A DNA stretch of 57,066 nucleotides from Patescibacteria group bacterium (GTDB lineage Bacteria > Patescibacteriota > Minisyncoccia > 2-02-FULL-40-12), in the NCBI GenBank assembly GCA_038062015.1, contig JBBTXZ010000004.1, positions 1 to 57,066 of the forward strand. Reading direction: 5' to 3'. Every line of letters begins with the position of its first letter. Position 1 is the stretch's first letter. The notes below the pieces were generated by a model, which saw only the letters and a program-made list of their open reading frames with translations, was not told where the DNA came from and made no database searches. A program made the position numbers and the translations under genes. Below are positions 53,330 to 57,066 of the stretch, one piece after another.

Positions 53330-54876
53330 ATCAGACTGATTCCAGTCATCTCTTCAGGTTTTTTAATATTCATCAGATTCAAAATAGTAGGGGCGACGTC
53401 CTGAAGGATTCCTTTTATTCCCGATCCTTCATAGTTAAGCTCGCTACTGTCTTTTTCTTTTTTGAATTTTCCCCCGACCACCAAAAAAGGAACCGGATTG
53501 GGATTATGCCGTGATTCTTTTTCGCCGGTGCCGAGATAGGTCAGGCTTTCGGCGTTCCCATGGTCTCCCGTCACTAAAATTACCGTTTCTTCATTTTGGC
53601 CGGCCCTATAAATTTTGCCGATTGCCCGATCAACCGCCTCAACGGCTTTAATTGTTGTTTCGTAATCGCCGCTATGACTTAAAATATCGGGATTGGCGAA
53701 GTTGGCGGCGATGAATTGATAGTTGCCCTTTTCAGTTTCTTCAATTATTTTTTGAGCTATTTGAGCGGCCTTCATCTGGGGATTTTTGAGAAAATTTTCA
53801 GACGAAGGAATTATAAAGTCGGTTTCGTTTTCAAATCTCTTTTCCCTGAGGCCGTTGAAAAAGTAGGTCAGATGGTCGGATTTGGCTGTTTCGGCGATGC
53901 GGAGCTGGTTAAAGCCATTTTGTTCCAGTATTTCTCCAAGCGTATTTTTTACTTCTTCTCTTTTGAAAATCGGTTTTACTTTGATCCCGTTCCCATAATC
54001 GGTCATCGTGGTCAGGAATAAATTATTGAATTTTCTCGTTTCGAAAAAATTAAAATCAGGATCGCTTATGGTCCGGGCGAGTTGCCGGATACTGTCTTCC
54101 CGGAAATTTAAGAAAAGGATAGCGTCGTTATCATCAATTTTCCACTTCTCATCTTTAATTAATGGCGGAATCAGCTCGTCGGTAATTCCTTGAGAAAGGT
54201 AATTTTCAAGGGCTTTTTTAAAGTCTCCGGTTTTTTCTCCAAGGCCGAAGGCCAGAAGCCCATAGGCCTTCTGGGTCATTTTCCAGTTGTTTTCCCGGTC
54301 CATGGCAAAGTCTCGGCCGACAAGAGAAGCAATTTTAATTTCCGATCCGGCGATTTCCCTTTCAATTTTAGCGATTAAATTCACGGATTCTTTTTTGCCC
54401 GAGTCTTTGCCGTCAGAAAATAAATGGATTAAAACCGTATTTAACAAACTCTGCCTTAGATATTTGATTATTGAAATAAGATGTTCTAAAGAAGCGTGGA
54501 CCGTTCCGGAAGTCAAAAGTCCGATTAAGTGGAGTTTTGATTTATTTTTTTTGGCGTGGGCCAAGAGCCGGACAAAGACTTCGTTTCTAAAAAATGATCC
54601 GTTTTTGATGCTTTCGTTTATGGTGGTGAGGTGCTGGAGAATGATTCGGCCGGCTCCGATGGTCAGATGGCCGACTTCAGAATTGCCTTCTTTTAAAGGC
54701 GGCAGGCCGACAGCCGGGCCAGAAGCCTGAAGAAGAAAAAAAGGATAATTTTTTTTCAAGTAGTCCATATTCGGAGTATCGGCGGCCAAGATGGCGTTGC
54801 CGTTTTTTTCTTTTGACCAGCCCCAGCCGTCAAGTATCAAGAGGATAATCTGCTTCATTAAGGTATATTTTGACAT
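53326..54876 (-). CDS. gpmI: 2,3-bisphosphoglycerate-independent phosphoglycerate mutase
   Basis: LILDGWG, NSEVGHLTIGAGR, TGDHGNAE. Confidence 0.93.
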   Translation of the reverse strand: MSKYTLMKQIILLILDGWGWSKEKNGNAILAADTPNMDYLKKNYPFFLLQASGPAVGLPPLKEGNSEVGHLTIGAGRIILQHLTTINESIKNGSFFRNEVFVRLLAHAKKNKSKLHLIGLLTSGTVHASLEHLISIIKYLRQSLLNTVLIHLFSDGKDSGKKESVNLIAKIEREIAGSEIKIASLVGRDFAMDRENNWKMTQKAYGLLAFGLGEKTGDFKKALENYLSQGITDELIPPLIKDEKWKIDDNDAILFLNFREDSIRQLARTISDPDFNFFETRKFNNLFLTTMTDYGNGIKVKPIFKREEVKNTLGEILEQNGFNQLRIAETAKSDHLTYFFNGLREKRFENETDFIIPSSENFLKNPQMKAAQIAQKIIEETEKGNYQFIAANFANPDILSHSGDYETTIKAVEAVDRAIGKIYRAGQNEETVILVTGDHGNAESLTYLGTGEKESRHNPNPVPFLVVGGKFKKEKDSSELNYEGSGIKGILQDVAPTILNLMNIKKPEEMTGISLI

Positions 54877-55015
54877 ATCAGGGTACTTTTGTTAATCTTA
54901 AAAAAGGTCAGTTGAATTTTAAATTTCAAGTCCATTAATTCGGATGTGCGCATTCGGATTGCCGCAGGCCAAAGGCCGAAGGCGTGCTATTCGCATACCA
55001 TGAACTTAATTCAAT

Positions 55016-56512
55016 ATGGTTTTAGAAACAAATCCATTACTGATGGTGTTTTTGGCGTTGATTTTTCTAGGAGTCGGTTATCTTCTAAGATATTTTTTAG
55101 TTAAAAGAGAGACTCAAAATGCGGAGCTTAAGGCCCAGGAAGTAATTTTAAAAGCCAAAGACCAGGCCTTAAAGATTCTTGACGATGCCAAAAAAGACGA
55201 AAAGCTGAGGCAGGAGCAGTTCCTTAAGATTGAAAATATCCTTTCAAAAAAAGAAAACGAGCTGGAAGAAGAAAAAAAACGGCTTTTTTCTGATTTAGAA
55301 AATTTAAAAAACAAAGAAGGAGAGGTATCTGATTTGAAAATGACTCTCTCGGCTAAGATAGAATTGAAGATTAAAGAGCTTGAACTGATCAGTAATATAA
55401 AAAAGGAAGAAGCCAGGACCATTCTTTTGAAGCAGGTGGAAGACGAATTCAAAGACGAGATCTATCAGAAGATAAAGAAGCTTTCAAGCGAGGGGAACGA
55501 ACTGGTCGATAAAAAAGCAAAGGAAATCTTAATTTCAGTTATCCAAAGATACGCCCGCTCTCAAATTGCCGATGCCACCACTACGGTTGTTTCCCTGCCT
55601 TCGGACGAGATAAAAGGCAAAATCATCGGTAAGGAAGGCCGGAATATTAAAACCATTGAACGGCTTACCGGAGTTGATATAATAATTGACGAAACGCCGG
55701 AGGCTTTGGTTATTTCCGGTTTTGACCCGATTAGACGCCAGATAGCCAAATTAACCATTGAAAAGTTGATTGCCGACGGCCGGATTCATCCGGCCAGAAT
55801 TGAAGAAATGGCTGAGTTGGCCAGGGACGAGCTTGAAAAAAAGATAAAAGAAGCTGGCGAGAATGCTGCTTTTGAAATAGGCGTCGGTCCCTTGGATCCG
55901 AAATTAATTTACCTTCTTGGCCGTTTGGCTTTCCGGACCAGCTTCAGTCAGAATGTTCTTCAGCATTCCATTGAGATGGCTCATATCGCCGGAATGCTGG
56001 CTTATGAGCTTAAGGCCGACGTGGCAGTTGCTAAAACCGGAGCTTTGCTTCATGATATCGGTAAGGCCGTAGATCATGAAGTTCAGGGAACTCATGTTGA
56101 AATCGGCCGCCGGATTTTGGAGAAGTTTGGAGTGGACCGCAAAGTCATTGCGGCCATGGAAGCCCACCACGAGGACTATCCTTATTCTTCTCTGGAATCA
56201 AGAATTGTTCAGGCAGCTGACGCGATTTCCGCGGCCAGGCCCGGTGCCAGACGCGAGACGGTTGAATTTTATCTCAAACGGCTTGAAGATTTGGAGAGGA
56301 TCGCTTCTTCATTTGAAGGAGTTGAAAAATCTTACGCTGTTCAAGCCGGAAGAGAATTAAGAGTATTTGTCACGCCGACTAAGATTGATGATTTGGGAGC
56401 AATAAAGCTGGCCCGGGATATTGCCAAAAAAATTGAAGGCGAGATGAATTATCCCGGCGAAATCAAAGTTAATGTTATCAGAGAAACAAGGGCGATAGAA
56501 TACGCCCGGTAG
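55016..56512 (+). CDS. rny: ribonuclease Y
   Basis: N-terminal TM, coiled coil, KH (IIGKEGRNIKTIE), HD domain (LLHDIGKA). Confidence 0.93.
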   Translation: MVLETNPLLMVFLALIFLGVGYLLRYFLVKRETQNAELKAQEVILKAKDQALKILDDAKKDEKLRQEQFLKIENILSKKENELEEEKKRLFSDLENLKNKEGEVSDLKMTLSAKIELKIKELELISNIKKEEARTILLKQVEDEFKDEIYQKIKKLSSEGNELVDKKAKEILISVIQRYARSQIADATTTVVSLPSDEIKGKIIGKEGRNIKTIERLTGVDIIIDETPEALVISGFDPIRRQIAKLTIEKLIADGRIHPARIEEMAELARDELEKKIKEAGENAAFEIGVGPLDPKLIYLLGRLAFRTSFSQNVLQHSIEMAHIAGMLAYELKADVAVAKTGALLHDIGKAVDHEVQGTHVEIGRRILEKFGVDRKVIAAMEAHHEDYPYSSLESRIVQAADAISAARPGARRETVEFYLKRLEDLERIASSFEGVEKSYAVQAGRELRVFVTPTKIDDLGAIKLARDIAKKIEGEMNYPGEIKVNVIRETRAIEYAR

Positions 56513-56550
56513 GTCGAGTTTAAAATAATTCAGTATTGGTAGTAAAATTT

Positions 56551-56829
56551 ATGCCAATAAAGAAAAAGCAATTAGCTGAAAGTTTGGCCGAGAAATTAGG
56601 GCTGACCAAAAAGCAGGGAGCTGATTTTCTCGATGCTTTTGTTGAACAAATTACCGGCTATTTGAGGAAGGGCGAAAAAGTCAACATAACCGGCTTCGGC
56701 ATATTCAAAGTTGCTGACCGGAAAGCCAGAGAAGGAATCAATCCCAAGACCGGAGAAAAAATCCACATTGCGGCTTCGAAAAAGCCGAGGTTCACTCCGG
56801 GTAAAGTCTTGAAAGAAGCAGTAAAGTAA
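56551..56829 (+). CDS. hup: HU/IHF-family DNA-binding protein
   Basis: GFGIFKVADRKAREGINPKTGEKIHIAASKKPRFTPGK. Confidence 0.9.
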   Translation: MPIKKKQLAESLAEKLGLTKKQGADFLDAFVEQITGYLRKGEKVNITGFGIFKVADRKAREGINPKTGEKIHIAASKKPRFTPGKVLKEAVK

Positions 56830-56865
56830 GTAATAAGTAAGCAGGTTTAAGATTTTTCGAAAAAT

Positions 56866-56903
56866 CAAAAATCACCCTAAATTTTTTGAAAGGGTGATTT
56901 TTG
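56866..56903 (+). terminator. Rho-independent terminator
   Basis: AAAATCACCCT...AGGGTGATTTTT. Confidence 0.75.
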
Positions 56904-56943
56904 ATTGAAGTTAACTTAAAAATTTGATAAGTTTGATTATTAG

Positions 56944-57017
56944 CGGGCTGTAGTATAACGGTAGTACGAGACGTTTGGGACGTTTTAGTCCCGGTTCGAA
57001 TCCGGGCAGCCCGACCA
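56944..57017 (+). tRNA. tRNA-Pro (anticodon TGG), CCA encoded
   Basis: Acceptor CGGGCTG/CAGCCCG, anticodon loop TTTGGGA, T-arm CCCGG-TTCGAAT-CCGGG, then A-CCA. Confidence 0.88.
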
Positions 57018-57066
57018 TTCAAGACAAGTCATATCCTTTTTATAAAGTTAAAAGTTTAATTTTACA

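Noticed and set aside
54900-55015. GC-richer patch (GCCGCAGGCCAAAGGCCGAAGGCGTGC) in the rny leader as a riboswitch.
   Set aside because: Only short local hairpins (GGCC-AAA-GGCC; GCC-GAA-GGC) are present. I could not identify a multi-stem architecture or a known motif. It may be another copy of the GC-rich mini-elements.
1-57066. Alternative genetic code (UGA recoding as in Gracilibacteria/Absconditabacteria).
   Set aside because: Conserved genes terminate at TGA, TAA and TAG at the expected lengths. No in-frame TGA interrupts any recognised gene.

Overview
Low-GC bacterial chromosome segment. A hand count of a typical housekeeping line gives about 38% G+C. Gene content and style fit a Candidate Phyla Radiation / Patescibacteria-type genome, which is an inference from content: compact housekeeping genes, a PaaX/Cas2-like winged-helix protein, FemAB plus a class A PBP, and a VirB4/PrgI secretion-like cluster. 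The standard genetic code fits, since TGA, TAA and TAG all terminate clearly recognisable genes.

The window contains the replication-origin neighbourhood (rpmH-rnpA-yidD-yidC-jag, divergent from dnaA-dnaN). It also holds many information-processing genes: rpsO, pnp, comM, rpmF, nusB, rnc, trmD, tsaE, polA, mutM, holA, recG, pcrA, rsmA, tyrS, ruvC, ruvB, nusA, rny and hup. Three tRNAs are present: Arg-GCG, Ala-CGC and Pro-TGG.

Features not explained by ordinary annotation:
1. Three compositionally foreign single-gene cassettes (about 60-63% G+C) at 7.5-8.6 kb and 16.6-17.3 kb. Two share a conserved structured leader. One sits next to the truncated C-terminal remnant of a DGR-type reverse transcriptase.
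2. A 383-aa intein splitting motif II of PcrA/UvrD. Its endonuclease module is non-canonical (C2H2 zinc finger plus a Vsr/DUF559-like nuclease).
3. A regulator gene bracketed by two copies of a 34-bp palindromic element.
4. A 9-gene VirB4/PrgI/VirB6-like envelope-spanning cluster with no relaxase or coupling protein.
5. A 446-bp intergenic region with a perfect consensus promoter that points at no ORF, followed by a 174-bp element closed by a 21-bp inverted repeat.
6. Heptanucleotide tandem arrays and short GC-rich elements inserted in frame in several housekeeping genes.

No CRISPR array, rRNA gene or transposase was seen.
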